Made by a program: the position numbers and the translations under genes | Shown here: positions 48,436-61,987 of the stretch, piece by piece | How positions within the stretch are numbered: the first letter of the stretch is position 1 | How the letters are laid out: each line of letters starts with the position of its first letter | DNA from: Glycera tridactyla | Taxonomy: Eukaryota | Length of the DNA stretch: 64,000 nt | Direction: 5' to 3' | NCBI GenBank assembly: GCA_965644265.1 | Contig: OZ286466.1 | Location: forward strand, 29,698,001-29,762,000 | Notes under the pieces: generated by a model | The model's input: only the letters and a program-made list of their open reading frames with translations | The model's database searches: none | What the model was told of the DNA's origin: nothing

Positions 48436-50163
48436 GGATCTAGCCTCGACAGGCACCATTAGCTCCAGATCAAACAGGAGAAATGAATATTATCGATGGC
48501 AATGACAACGCATGTCTGTCACATGATGATAAAGCAGAGAAAAAACCCGTTCTTCCTTGCATCGCTTTTCAACCACTCATGATCCCTACCTTCATTCAAT
48601 TCACAGCATGCTGTGACTGAACTGTGATCTCGAGCAAATCTAAAATTATTGACACAAGAAACATTGAAACTCGACCCTTCCCCTTCCCGATCTTACATTC
48701 TATCCTTCAAACACGTCAATATAAGTGGGAAGATGAATTTATGGAACATAGTCAAGGCAGTACCTTTTCAAGCTTTAGCTTGGGGTTTCCGTGGGTTATC
48801 CACTCGATTCAAAAATTATACTCAATTTCCATGAAATCATGTATTGCATATAATGTCTTAGTGTGAATTGATCAGTATAGTTGCCGTGAGTTCAATGTGA
48901 GATTTTCACTAGTGCAATCTACAAAGCTATTTGAGAAGTGCACCATATTTGTGGGCAATTTGCGAGGTACTGAACCAGAAAGGGAGACGATGTGGTGTGG
49001 TGGCTAGCTAGTGGCCTAGTAAGGAAATCTTGCTACACTGCCTCAGAAAGTCTAGCTCCTGCCTTGATGGCTTCCCCCCCCCCCTCACACACACACATGA
49101 TTCCTCCTCAAAATAGCATGCCATCCTGGCTTTCACACCATCATAAGTTCCACTGTTGCAGTAGTGAAAGGTGAAGAATGCAGTTAAAGAACTAGAATAA
49201 GATCAGCTCAATGGAAAATTTGCACACCTGCCAAAGGAGTGCTTGTCGCCAGGCATCTTTGGAACATACCAACCCTAGGCGGAGACCAATCTTTCCATCT
49301 ATGGGGGTTATTATGACACAAGACGACCAGAATGAGAGACATGTCAGATCACTTACATGTGAATGCCCTGGTTCCCCATGCCTATTCATCCACCTTTCTC
49401 ATCAGCCAATCAGAAGGAGGTAAAATGGGTCATGTACAAATTATCCAGGGGCAATTGTGGCATTTCAGGCTAGCAAAGGGATGCAATGAAGCCCATACTA
49501 TTGAGCGATTCGCACGACACTTAGTCTTAGCACAGCACTCCAAGATGACCTCGCAAGATGCTATTCAAAGAGAGCAAACATCTTAAATCTTTGTGATTGC
49601 TCATCACAGATCCGGGAATGAATAGCGCGAGATAAAGCAGTCAACTCGTAATGAGAGAGTCATCATCGGCGGCCCATCATTAAGAAGGAGTAACAGTGAG
49701 GAGTCGAGATATCACCAGCAATAAATAGGACGTAACCCAAGAGTCGACAGGGAAAGACGCCATATAATCTGGCTTGTAAGTGACGTCACGTGGCCGTTGT
49801 TACACGGAGATTGATGAGAGTTCGCTCGCCGTGATGTAGCAATCTTGCGCATTATGTTTCAGACGCGAATTAAATACACGTTGATTACGCCGAAATCAAC
49901 TTACTCTGTCACATTGCGACACAATTTGCAGCAGCGTAACAATGGCAATGCATCAATCACGGTGTGTCCTTCCACGACGACGTCCCGAGTGACGGCACGC
50001 TGATGGAGTGGGTGACATGCTGTGTGTCAAGGAGCGCCCCCTATACAGGCATGACACCAATATCTGCCATGCTAGTTATTATTTTTTGTCAGCATTCTAT
50101 GACACCTTACAATTCTTCAATAAGATGACACCTTGGCACTGTCCTCCACGTGTCAAAAGAAGA

Positions 50164-50180
50164 CCCCCCCCCCCCCCCCC
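50164..50180. repeat. poly-C run
   Basis: 17 consecutive C. Confidence 0.95.
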
Positions 50181-50235
50181 AATCCCTGCAGACTCCTAGT
50201 AGTTTATAGCAGATGTCATCCTGAGTGAAAAAATA

Positions 50236-50400
50236 TAGTCAAACCTGTCTACTAAGACCATTCTCGTTCACAAGTGGTCTTTGAAGAAAGGTGGCTTTCA
50301 GAGAGGTCATTTACTATACAAAATGGTTGCATTCATGGCACAGGGTGGCCTTTGTAGGCAGGTGGACTTCCTATAGAGGTGGTCCAAAGATGAGTGGTTC
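50236..50400. mobile_element. degenerate pogo/Tigger-like CAGT MITE
   Basis: ta|tagtcaaacctgtct left TIR with internal aagtggtc/aggtggc motifs; right end eroded. Confidence 0.6.
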
Positions 50401-50592
50401 ATAGATGGAATGGAGGTGTGTGTGTGTGTGTGGGGGGGGGGGGTGTCATCAAATAAGGTAGCTTCAGTTTTTGTACATCACAGCTTCACAATTCACACTT
50501 TTGTAAAATCCAAGTTATAAAATTCCAGCACCAGAAATGGTGCTCCCCTACAATATGTGACAACCTAACAATGCAAGGAATTTAACTGACCA

Positions 50593-50612
50593 CCCCCCCC
50601 CCCCCCCCCCCC
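50593..50612. repeat. poly-C run
   Basis: 20 consecutive C. Confidence 0.95.
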
Positions 50613-53600
50613 AGGATAGTTTTTTCTATTTATAGTGCCAATAAAGTTAGAAGCTTAGGTGTAAACATACAATGCACCCCATAAATCCATAAAATTCTCC
50701 ATGATAAAAATCTGGAGTAGAGAGAGGAGTGTAATCAGGTTTACATGTGCGCCTGAGTTCAATATCCCATGCAAATTTTGACTAAACCTCAGGTAATAGC
50801 TTTTTATGCCACTTCTCAACTGATTTGGAAAGAGTTTTTCTAAGAAATTAAGCCATCTGAAATTCAAGTTTGGAGCATTATTTTCAATTCCAGGATCCTG
50901 CTGTATCTCATCACATGAAGTGACACCACACCAAATGTCAAAAACATGTCATGAAAGGAATCCTTCCTGGCAGAAAAACCACAAAACGCACCTGAGTACG
51001 GACTGCACCGCTGCTGTTGAATAAATTGAACCCTTCAAACAGCTTGTGAAAAACCAGCCTGCCTTCCAGCCATGTTCACAATCAGCAAATGCAGTACACA
51101 TGTGCTCAAATTTCAACTACAGCATGCTCCTGCTGTCCACTAATAGTCTGTTCCCTTGCAAATCAGAGCAAGGCTTTGCAAATGTGCCAACAGCTTAGCT
51201 TATATGGTTGTACGTTTGGGTGAACACTGAAGGCCTGGAACGGACTATCAGTACTGTTACTTTGGGAGGGAAGCCTGCAAGCTCTTTCTAGTGCCATGCA
51301 CTCTCCAGTGACATGTTATACATATGAAATAGTTGCGCCGGGGAGCTTGTTTGAGCATGCTAACTAGGGGTGTCATGTTGCGATTCCCTGCATCATATTG
51401 CGCCCAATCTACCGCTTCATTATCTCAGGTTACCTTATCGTGTAGGAACCATTCTAAACTGGTCCTGTGCCAACTAAGAGAGCCGGCCACCACAGCCACT
51501 CACCTCATTCCAAACTCTCCCCCAAAAATCATGCCCTAGATTTGGCAAAAAAAAAGTTTGATGCTTTCCTACAGAAGTAGTCAAGCCCTATAGATTACCT
51601 TATTTTATCAAATAATCTTTTGAGCAGCCTCAATCAAATTGAAAATGTAAGGATCACTCATTCGAAACAAAATATCTTTAATTTCTGGAGATTTACACTC
51701 AGTCTATTTTCCATTTCTCGATATTTTCACACTAGATCAACATAAGTTGTAAATATCACATTTTTGGCTTCTCCACACCCCTGAAGTAGCCCCCCCCCCC
51801 CCTTGCAAATGTGGGATGAACCCAGTTATTCCAACAGAGGCAATAATCCGGAAGCAGCAGGCCGCCATCAAAACATCAAGCCCAGATAAGCAATCAAGAG
51901 AATGAAAAGTGCTCAGCTGCTGGCACGGCCTGATTGTTGGGTGGCAGGGGGTAACACCCCTCACCCTTACTCTCACACACAACCCCCACACACCCACACC
52001 ACAGCACCAATAACCTACAGCCAAGACATGTACATCCATCTTCACATCCACAGTCCCACTTTAATCCATACTCAATCATAATTCAAGAGCTAATCGGAAA
52101 ACCTGGAATTCTCAGATAAATATTGGAATTCCACCCGGGATAGGTGGAATTTCCTGGCAGGATGGTGGGATATGATCGTAACTACGCTGAAAATAACACC
52201 CTGTCTGGTGAGCCTGCAGAAACATTCGTCAATCAAAGCAATGCCTGTATAGGAACTACTGTAATTTGGGTTTCCCTAAATGACAGGCCATATATAGCAA
52301 GGAGGCAGAAATATAGAAATTATTAGGAATCCAGTTTGATCTTTCATGGACTTGAAGGTTGCTTGCTTGGATGTTTTGCACATTCAGGTACATCCAAATA
52401 GTGCAGGCACATGCGCTCACAGACACATATGCTCGCACACACTTGACCCAGGTTGTAAGACTGGCTCACACTGGGCCTCATCTAGCCAGAAGTGTGAGTG
52501 AAGTCCTGGTGGGTGTGAACTCATATTTTGTGGCAGGATACTGAGCACAGTGCGAGTAGGTATCCAATATTAGTGAGCACCCTTGACACCCACTCAGGAC
52601 CCGCTCACGCACCTCCTTCACTCCTCCATATGATCTCCTATGATTGCTCGCTCATGATGATCTTCCTCCGCTAATCTCAGATATGCTCAGCTCACCATGA
52701 TTGGGGAGAGGGACTTACTTTCACACCAGCAGGCCTGCACTAGGGATTCCCAAAATTACTTTCAGGAAGAGAGCATTTCTTCAAAGAATCTCTAAGAGGC
52801 AATTTGATTCGGGGGGGGGGGAAGAGAGAGGTTGAGGAGGGCAGAAAATCCCATTTTATCTACCCCAAGAAAAAAGTTATTGTGGACCTTGTCTGCCATC
52901 TCCTCCGGGGGAGGATCACTATCTGGTACCCTGATAAGGTATTCTGTGAAAGGAGAGATACTTAAAATAGAGAAATCAAAGAGTGAATCTTGTTTCATTT
53001 AAGCATGCCTGCATTCAAACCTCGAAATAGCTACCATAACAACCAGATAGACTATGTCAGTTTCACCGTAAGAAGATGGTCCGCATGAGCAAGGGTTTTG
53101 CGGGTCAAACATTGCGACGAGATACAATAAGAACAAATTGAAGAGTGCCGTACAATTCTGTGAAATGTTGCCCACAGATAGTACAGGAGGGTAGCAGGCA
53201 TTAAGCCTCATGTCACCACGGTAAATTAGGATTCCGCCAGCAACAGCGGAGGAATGGAATTCAAATATTGAGAGACATCTACTGGTGGATTTGATGAAAG
53301 CTCGCCCTAATGCTCCACGATGCCATTGTTAAGAAAACAGCATTTCACAATTACACCACCAGATGGCAACGTGAAGAATCCAATGCATTCTTTCCATTGC
53401 CTCGACACACCCTTTCTCTTCCAAGGTTTGACAAACTTGGATTTTCATGTCAGAATTCGGAATTGACTAGTGCACAAAGGCTGATACTCAACCGAGCATT
53501 AAACTGCTAAGACGGCTATCATGTTTGGGGATGGATTCAGGCATTTTTTTAACGCGTCCTTCCTCAAGAAAATAGCAAGAGCTGGAGATGCAATCTGGAA

Positions 53601-55742
53601 TTAATCTTGCCTCAAGCAAAATAGAAAGGTGTTTTGCTAATAAATTGTGAGCGGCCACACTTCACAAAAGCTTCTGTAGCTTCTCCCCCATCAGTGCGAT
53701 TCCCCTTGATCATGAACTGAATTCCTCTTTCAATGGAGATAAATGGCTTGATCCAAACCTTGATAAATGCTGATAAACCTGATCATACAGATCTCAGGCA
53801 AAACATAATTTCAGAGATTGTTCTTGGCTTCAAACTCAAAGCCAGGTAATTCAAAATCACATGATGGCTGGTTGACTAGCTGGGGTTTAATTCCTCACCA
53901 TGATACTGTTTTTCAAACCTATGAGACCTGAATACCAGCTGGGCTTCAATATGTTGTTGGGCCCCAGCACTGGGTTTTGGTATTCAACCCCATCAATATC
54001 CTCCATTATGGGTCAACTGCCATCTTTCTCATGCTGATCAGTGGTTGATTGCAAAAAGTGCTAGCCCCTGATATTCCCAGTCTAAGGGCTACTAGGCCCA
54101 GTAGCCTGTAAAAACAAGATGATGTGGAGTAGTTGTCAGCTCTAGCAATAAATGATTGTCAACCATTTCATAATGTATGTGCATACCAATCAAGCTCGCT
54201 AAAGCTGACTTCAACGGAGAAGTGAGATCATTCCGAGTGTTTCGAATCAATATTCTGAAGAGCTGACCGTAATCAAGTTGTGCTGAAATTCATTGCACGC
54301 AGATGGACAAAGACTGGAGACCGAAACAACTTCCAAGGTGACCCGACTCATGCTGACATGGCCCACTGCCCTCTAGCAGCCAGAATAGAGTAGAGTGCCA
54401 CCTTCTGGGCCAGGCAGTGTACTAATCAAGTGGCGATAATGCCGCATTATTTCCCTCGAGAAGCGCAGAATGGAAGTGCGCACGAACGACGCATCCTAGA
54501 ATCAATGGGCAAATGCCGGCGCAAACATCGGCACACACGCTGAGAAATAGATTCTGACAACACACACATTTTTATTCACACTATTGACTTGTGACTTGCC
54601 GCACTAAAAATAACGGCAAATAATCCGATTAAAGACTTGCACTGATGAAATTTCAATGGGTAAAATAGATGGAAGTAGCATTTTTATCGACCGAGCTCCA
54701 GGAGCCACAGGGGGAGGGCAAATATGAAAGGCAATGTCCCTCTCTACAATGGTGCGAATGTGGTTGCCCTCTATGGCGTGGCTGTATTTTGGGCTCTCTA
54801 ATGGCCACTAGAAAATCTGAGGCTGGGCAATGACCTTGAGTGTGGATTATTCTGTAATACAGCCCAACAGTAAAAGTGTTTTATGACAGGATCTCCCATC
54901 ATAATAGCTGATCCAGTGTGGTCCTTACGGCAACAACCTCCTCACCCCAAACCTCAGCCTGTTGCCTTTAAATACAACCACATTCTTCTAACTACAATTT
55001 TGAGTGAGTAAAAAGGATCAAGGCCCCTGGAAATTGATAGATGTGTGCTCCTCTGGCCCCCTGGGGCTGCTCAGGTTTCAGTATGAGCAAACCAAGTGCC
55101 TCTGTGAACACCATGAAATTCCGAGTTCACTACATATTTGGCACCATCAATGCTGGTCGATCTAAGAAATATAGGATAATAGCAGTAATGCTGAGATGAG
55201 GTAAATTTATGACACATATGGTTAACATTTCCTTTGGGAAAAATCCCATAAGAATTTCCAGAAAATTGGCACCATTGTATCAATCTTTGTGCATACTGAT
55301 GTGTGTTCAGTACAGTCCCTGGATTTCTCCCGAAGACCCTGTCATCCTCATGCCCCGGGACTCAGATGCCCACTGATAGTTTTCGTAATAAAATTCTGCC
55401 CCTGAAGCCCTGGTTCCATATCTATCTAAATTGAGCAATATGGTCCATGTAGGGCTTCCGCAGTTTATGGCCAAGGAGGGAGTTGGCCCTGGCTTTTTCC
55501 AAGTTCACATGGTAATAAATATCTGCGGGCAGTGAAGCCCCAGAAGGGAGATGAGCCCCGATCAAACACCAATAACCCCACCAGAAATCCTACTCTCCGA
55601 ACCAACACACCTAAATAAACCCAAGTCTCGGTGGAGAGCCATCAACTAGAAAGGAAACTGACAGTAACAGCTGTGTTCCAGATAAGAGGAGTTTCTCTCC
55701 CCATCGCTCCCAAGGAATGTAACCCAAGCACCATCTGGGGAA

Positions 55743-56115
55743 TACCTCCACTCACATTCATTCAATCAATCCACAGCATGACCTATGAAAAGAAAAAAGA
55801 AAAAAAAAGAGAAGGCTAAATTGACAGCATCCTGAGAGCCATTTTGACCTTCCCATCACCCACTTTTCTTACATTCATCAAGGTCACGAATGAGTGGAAA
55901 GTACAATAGTTTTGGATGTTTTTGACAGATTTAAGACTGCCTCCACTCATACTCATTCAATCAACCCACAACATGGCCTCTGAAAGATAAATAAAAAAAG
56001 AAAGAAGACTGAATTGATAGCATCTTGAGTGCCATTTCAACCTTTCCAACATACACCTATCTAAGGTACTAGTGAGTGGAAAATTTGATGGTGGATGGTT
56101 TTGAAACATTTGGGA
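55743..56115. repeat. old tandem duplication, 195-bp period
   Basis: cctccactcacattcattcaatcaatccacagcatgacct...gagtggaaa is repeated as cctccactcatactcattcaatcaacccacaacatggcct...gagtggaaa. Confidence 0.85.
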
Positions 56116-56544
56116 GCATCAGCCATGATAACGCCAGGGCTCCAGGGCTGCTCGCCAGGGCTCCAGGGCTGCTTATCCGTGGTATGTTTTGGTAGTAGTA
56201 TATGTTTCGTGAGAGTGATTCACTGGTTCCCTGTGAATCCCATGTTGTGGTGATTCACTGGCCCCCCTATCAGGAACAAGCCAATGCCAACATAAACTTT
56301 CATGTATAAACATGGGGAAGGGTGGGGGAACCAGGACATGGAGTTGGGAATATGCTGGGACCTGCACCCAGTCTAAACTTGCTCTGGGAATCACGTCTCA
56401 GATCCAACCTGAATAAAGTCATGTAACTTACACTGACAACCATCATGGTCATTCAAGACATGAAGTTCAAATCACCCTGCAAAATTCTGCTTTATTATCC
56501 AGTCTCCATTTCATTTGCTGGGGTGTGGTGGGTCGAATTGGTCG

Positions 56545-56582
56545 AGGTTTAATGGCATGTATCAACCAAGAGGATCATGTAT
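56545..56582 (+). repeat. 5' fragment of repeat R1
   Basis: ggtttaatggcatgtatcaaccaagaggatcatgt. Confidence 0.55.
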
Positions 56583-58498
56583 GAGTTGAATTTCACAATT
56601 CCTCACAATTGTTGGGGTAGATGGAACAAACCGGACAATAGCTTCAAGAACTCACAGCTTGCCAATCCCCACACAATTCAAAATCAGCTTCTCATTTTCT
56701 GCATGAACAACTAAATTCTAGGCATTGCACATCTCGTTCGAGAGAAGGTAGAAGATTTTTATGGCAGAGGAGCAATTTCAACACTCGAATGAAGTGGACT
56801 CCACGGTCGCAAATCGAGGTCATCAGCTTTTAATGGCGCGAGGCACAAGCCAAAGTGGGCCCAGAGTCTTTGGTTAAATTCCACGTCTCGGCCGCCATCG
56901 TGTCCCCGTCCATGATGAACGCTAAGTACACATTACGCAGGGCAGCCATGCCTGCAGATCCTGTTCAGCAAAAGTCAAAACAAAATCAGCGCAGCTAAAT
57001 GGAGCATTTAGCCATCCCATTTACGTATAGCTCCCTCATTACCATACATGGAGCCACCGGTACTACACCAGTGAGCCCTAGACGGACGCGAGCTGGCGAA
57101 TATAGACATCACACAAACCCAATGCCACGCTGGCAGCCATCGTGTCTTCTGCAGCTACTGGATCCATCAAGACTGGGTGTATGCGTGCATGAATGCATAT
57201 GCGTGTGGATGCAATAGAGGATCATGAAATCACACCATTCTAGTCTAATATGATGGATACCCTGTTCATACATCTCCTGAAAATATGTCTCAATATTGCA
57301 ACATATTCTCAACCTATTCACACACCCTTTGCTCTTCGACATAGCAAGGCAGTTGCTGCCGTGCTGGAGATCCAGGCCCATATTCCCCAGAAATTGGATG
57401 TTTTCTCAAAATGTAATTTGTACATTCTAATGGGGGGTTGTGAAACGGTTTCACCTATAGGTACCTTTTTAGGGTTTTGTTTGCCTCCAGTGTAGGGCAT
57501 AAAGAATAACTATAGATGCCACGCTGCTGATGGGAACAATCAAGATGATTTATAACTGGGTTCCCAGGTGTGAACTCTGACCTTTGAATACAGGTCAAAA
57601 GGTAGACTAACACCACATAATCTTGCTGATTATCCTACACCCTAGTGATGTTTCAGATTACCCTGAGGGGGGGGGGGGCACCAGAGAATATGAGGTCGGT
57701 TGGTTGGTGCTGGTTCAACATCACGTCAGCTGCATTCGTGCTATACTGAATATGAGGCACACATGACTGGCGGGAGAAGGAAAATATTTCACTGACATGT
57801 TATTCTAATTTCCCCCCAATTTCTTTCCTCAATATTATGCCAATAATCTCACCAGTTGATTCCTTATTGGAGTTCTCAGACAGTGATAATTTCTGTTTTC
57901 AAACCCAGCTACCACTTTTTGTCATCACCAAAATAATTACATGAAATTTGCCATGTGAGAAGCCAATAAACAAATCCCTCAATACATAATTTTGAGAAAG
58001 AAAGAGACGCCCTATGGTAGTCACTAGGACTTCCTGCTTTCAATGATCATGACAAACTTCACAAATGACGAGAGTGGGAGAGGGCAGGAGAGGGTGGGGC
58101 TGTGAAGGGTACATGGCTGAGGTTCGGATTTTGTGAAGTTGGGTCTCTAAACATCATCACCCTGCCAATGGGTTAAAAAAAAATCGTGACCAGCTGGTAC
58201 GCACTTGATCCAATTTCAACAACACCCAATCACTAGCAGGGTCTATCTGAACATCTGGAAAACGTTCCCCTTCTCTCTCTTAGTACCACTAGCACACAGC
58301 CACTCCAGGCTGCAGCAGGAAACATGATACATCCTATTCCCAAGACAGCCAACTTTTTGAAAGACATTCAAACTCTGGTTAGGAGGCATTTACAAGAAAT
58401 AATGCTCCAGCATTCAGATACATAAGAGCCTGCTAGAGAGACCAACTCTATACAAAGACCAACTCTATACAAAGACCTTGATGGTATTCTACAAAGTT

Positions 58499-58669
58499 CA
58501 GTGAAACCTGCGACCTACCACCTTAAATGTCACCAAAAAGTGGTCACTCAAAAGAGGTGGTCTCATATCTGAGGTATATTTGACTATGTCAAAATGAAAA
58601 AGTGCCCTGGAAAACCGTCTCCCATCAGAGGTGGTCTCTCGTCAGGGGGTCTCATCACAGGTTTCACTG
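58499..58669. mobile_element. complete pogo/Tigger-like MITE (171 bp)
   Basis: Perfect 12-bp TIR CAGTGAAACCTG / CAGGTTTCACTG. TA on the right (58670-71), TT on the left. Internal gaggtggtct repeats. Confidence 0.88.
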
Positions 58670-59755
58670 TAAACATCCTATCATTGAAGTCTACCATCCC
58701 ACAAATGATGCAAGAGAGATCTTTGTAGAAAAGTTGAGCTGTACATGAGATAATGCTACAGGCACTCATGTGTACATTCTTGAACGGAGAATCAGAAGGA
58801 AGCATTACTTTCATCTTCATACTCTGCAGACCATTGCCACAAATCTGACCAATCAAATCACTGGGCTTTTCCCAGAAATATTCAGAGCGGAAATGTTTTC
58901 TCATTCTGTAAGTCTAATGCTTGTTTTTGTTCTGTGAAAGCTCATGTGCCAGGGCAATACAGATTTTAAAGCAGGCAATGAAGCTGTAAGAAGCTGTACA
59001 TAAACATGATTAGCCATGGGAAAACATGCCACACATTCCGGTTACTGCAGCCAAATGTGTTTCAATCAATTTAACTAAAGACATGTGGACTTCATCTACA
59101 GCATACTCTGATTACAGATTTAGTCCACAACTAATTGACTAATGGCTGGCGAACACCTAGAAAGAAATTTCATCGGGCTTTGGCAACCGACCAATCCAGT
59201 CATTTCTTCATTAGGAGCTCTGCACCCAGAGACCACAAAAGGAGCCGAATGAGCATGTGAGGTGGTGTAAAATTAATGTGAACAAAGGTGCAAACAACAA
59301 ACAGACTTGAGGTTGAAATCCAGAATAACTTAATGCGATCAAACTCGCCCACTGGAAATCCAGAATGACTCGCTATGATCCACATCAGCATTGAGAATTC
59401 CAGAATCACTCACTACGATAGAACACAGCCCTGAGAAGTCAAGAAGGAGCATGGCTTTCTTACAAGACATACCACACATGGAGCTTATTTTCTCCATTTT
59501 TATAGGATGTAGGAAGGGGTGCGCCTGAACTTATCCATCCAATCTATCTATTTCCAAATGACCTGGTGTTTGGGGTTTGTGAGAGTGATGCTAGCACATA
59601 GCCTGGGATCTCCCATGAATTGGAAAAAACATGACATGGGATATGCAGTATATATCCCACAGGGACATGTAAAATATATCCCGCAGGTCAATCCATGATA
59701 ACTGCTGTTCAACCTTGACCCAGCCTGGCATACTCTGGCCACACATAATAAGACA

Positions 59756-59837
59756 ACCCAGGCGGAATCCATTCTCTACACCTACATTTAGAGCTGACCC
59801 AGGCAGAATCCATCCACTACACCTACATGTAGAACTG
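59756..59837. repeat. 41-bp tandem duplication
   Basis: acccaggcggaatccattctctacacctacatttagagctg / acccaggcagaatccatccactacacctacatgtagaactg. Confidence 0.9.
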
Positions 59838-60152
59838 AATCAAATCAATAAAAGGGTTAATGTATCCATGACATTCACCATGGCAACCAGCTCACGGGCT
59901 TCTCTTTCACACATTCTAACATCCAGTTCATCCGTTCACACCTGCCTACCACCCTCCACACCTACAAACTAATCCATCTAATCAGCCATATGGGACTAAA
60001 TCCAGACATGCTAACGCTTCGAAGGACAAAAATAGTAACAGCGTGGATTTCAAAGGGTTGGCAGTGTCAATATTCCCTATGTTACTCTTGAAACTGCATA
60101 TTAGCATTATCCATGTCAAAATGCACTCATTTTGGCCAAAATGGAGTAGATA

Positions 60153-60200
60153 CAGTGAAACCTGCAAGGAGAGACCCCCGAAGACCACCTCTGGCTGAAA
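60153..60200. mobile_element. left-end fragment of CAGT MITE
   Basis: ta|cagtgaaacctgcaaggagagacccccgaagaccacc. Confidence 0.6.
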
Positions 60201-60481
60201 CGCTAACATTCAGTGGAAGTAGAATAGGACAATAGCAAGAAAATGAGGTTAACTGAGCGAGGCTATCATCCATTGCCCAACAAGGTCACTGGGACCAAAC
60301 GGAGGTATCCTCTCTTAACTGACACAAGAGCTATTTATTGTGTACATAAGCTCATATCTGTCAAGGCATCACTGAAGTGGACAGGTCAGCTGACCATATA
60401 GCAGACCAGGTGCCTGATAACAAACCTACATTGTAGATGGTACCTTCTATGCCTAAATCACCACACAACTGGGTTGAAAAA

Positions 60482-60556
60482 TTCCGATAAACCTGAGTGG
60501 CAGAACCTCCAATAAACCCAAGTGGCACAACCTCCGATAAACCTACGTGGCGATGA
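60482..60556. repeat. 25-bp minisatellite, 3 copies
   Basis: ttccgataaacctgagtggcagaac / ctccaataaacccaagtggcacaac / ctccgataaacctacgtggcgatga. Confidence 0.85.
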
Positions 60557-61278
60557 TGCCAAGACTCAGTGTTGCCAACTTGATCCAACCATTGTTCCCT
60601 ATGCCAACAACACTAGGCTGGAGGATGCCAACCGTTGAAGAACAGGAGTGGCAGCAGTGTCAATTTCAAAGAGCAACTAAGTCTGTATTTGCAATGGAAT
60701 GATTATAAAAATCTGGATATCGCCAGTGGTAACTACCATGAAATGTATGAATTCTGGCCTAAAAAAAAAGAGTACATGTAGTCGTTACTCTGACTTGTAA
60801 GTGTTGGCATCTATGTGGCTCAACTAAATGTTGGTGGAGAAATTACTTCAAAATTCCTTCAAAAACTTATGAGTGACTGCATTCAGTGATACAGCCAAAC
60901 CAGCAGTGGGTGGGCATGTACTGTGGCAATTCCGTGGAAGCTTCCAACTCAAAATCCGACAAAGCCAATAACAACTGACATGTTGTCCATTAAATCCTAT
61001 CAAAAGTCAATGTAGCCAGGTGTGAACATCAAGATTGACGCTTCAGTGGCCACACTAATGCTTACTTATGTCTATCAACCAGTCCTGCCCTCTGAGAAAA
61101 AGGTGAATCCATAAGGCAGCTGTGTTCTGGATGACTCATGCCAAATACACCTGCAGTTTGGTTTTCTCTCCCTCCACCGAAAGAAAAGCAGACCAGATAT
61201 TGAAGTCAGCAAGCTGCGGGGACTCAATAAATGCGGTGATTTTGGAAAAAGCTCTAATTGTATCAGTGTTTGGGTGCC

Positions 61279-61650
61279 TTACCACTGACCACTGATCACC
61301 TACAGATAAGGCAATGTCACTAAGCAAAGGACGTGCACGTGCCGAAGTTGCCTTTTTAGCCGACAATATATGTGGTTGATTCTGGCATGTCATGGAAGTA
61401 CTTCTCCTTGGGTACTTACCACCCACCAACCAACAACTACAGAAAGGCAGCAGAGGATGTGCATTGTATGTCAGAGCTGCCTTCATGGCCAGAACACTCG
61501 CTGAAGAGAAAACATATACATGGGTGATTCTTGCGAGAGAGAGCTGGCGTTGTATTCTTTCTAGAGTGCTTTACCACCTACAGGCAGGGCAAGGCAAGGC
61601 AATGTCCTGAGCAGCAAGGGACGTACATGTGCCAAAGCTGTGCCAAATCT
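61279..61650. repeat. three diverged tandem units (about 136-157 bp)
   Basis: Each unit begins ttaccac...ctacag...aggca...g(t)gc...tg(c/t)c..agctg/ttgcc; starts at about 61279, 61415 and 61572. Confidence 0.6.
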
Positions 61651-61987
61651 TCATTTGTGGCTACAGCAATAGCTGTGAAGTCAGGAGAAATCTCAGCAGG
61701 GATAGAGGGAAGGGTGGGTGGACCACCCACACAGCAAGCTGGGGGTGGGAGGAGAAATCCATGGGAGGGAGGAGAAATCCACCGACTGGTGGATTAATCC
61801 CAACTGATCGGCCACTCCAGATCTCTGACCCCAAATAAAGCCTGTAGGAGCGGGAGTGTGTGTAAACTATGTGCATGCTCTATTAACTCCCGGATTCCTC
61901 GAGAAACATACACCAAATAGGGATCAATGACTTTTATGGTTTGATGACTCCACCTCAAGCACCCACCATGAGTAGCAATCTCTCTCT

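Noticed and set aside
51363-51538. TAGGG...CCCTA hAT-like ends; also CAGGGGG/CCCCCTG at about 54709-55063
   Set aside because: TIR match of 7 bp or less and no TSD.
59315-59445. Repeat-spacer pattern (aa(a/t)ccagaat every 39-40 bp) superficially like CRISPR
   Set aside because: Eukaryotic context, constant part only about 10 bp, spacers resemble each other and no cas genes; a degenerate minisatellite.
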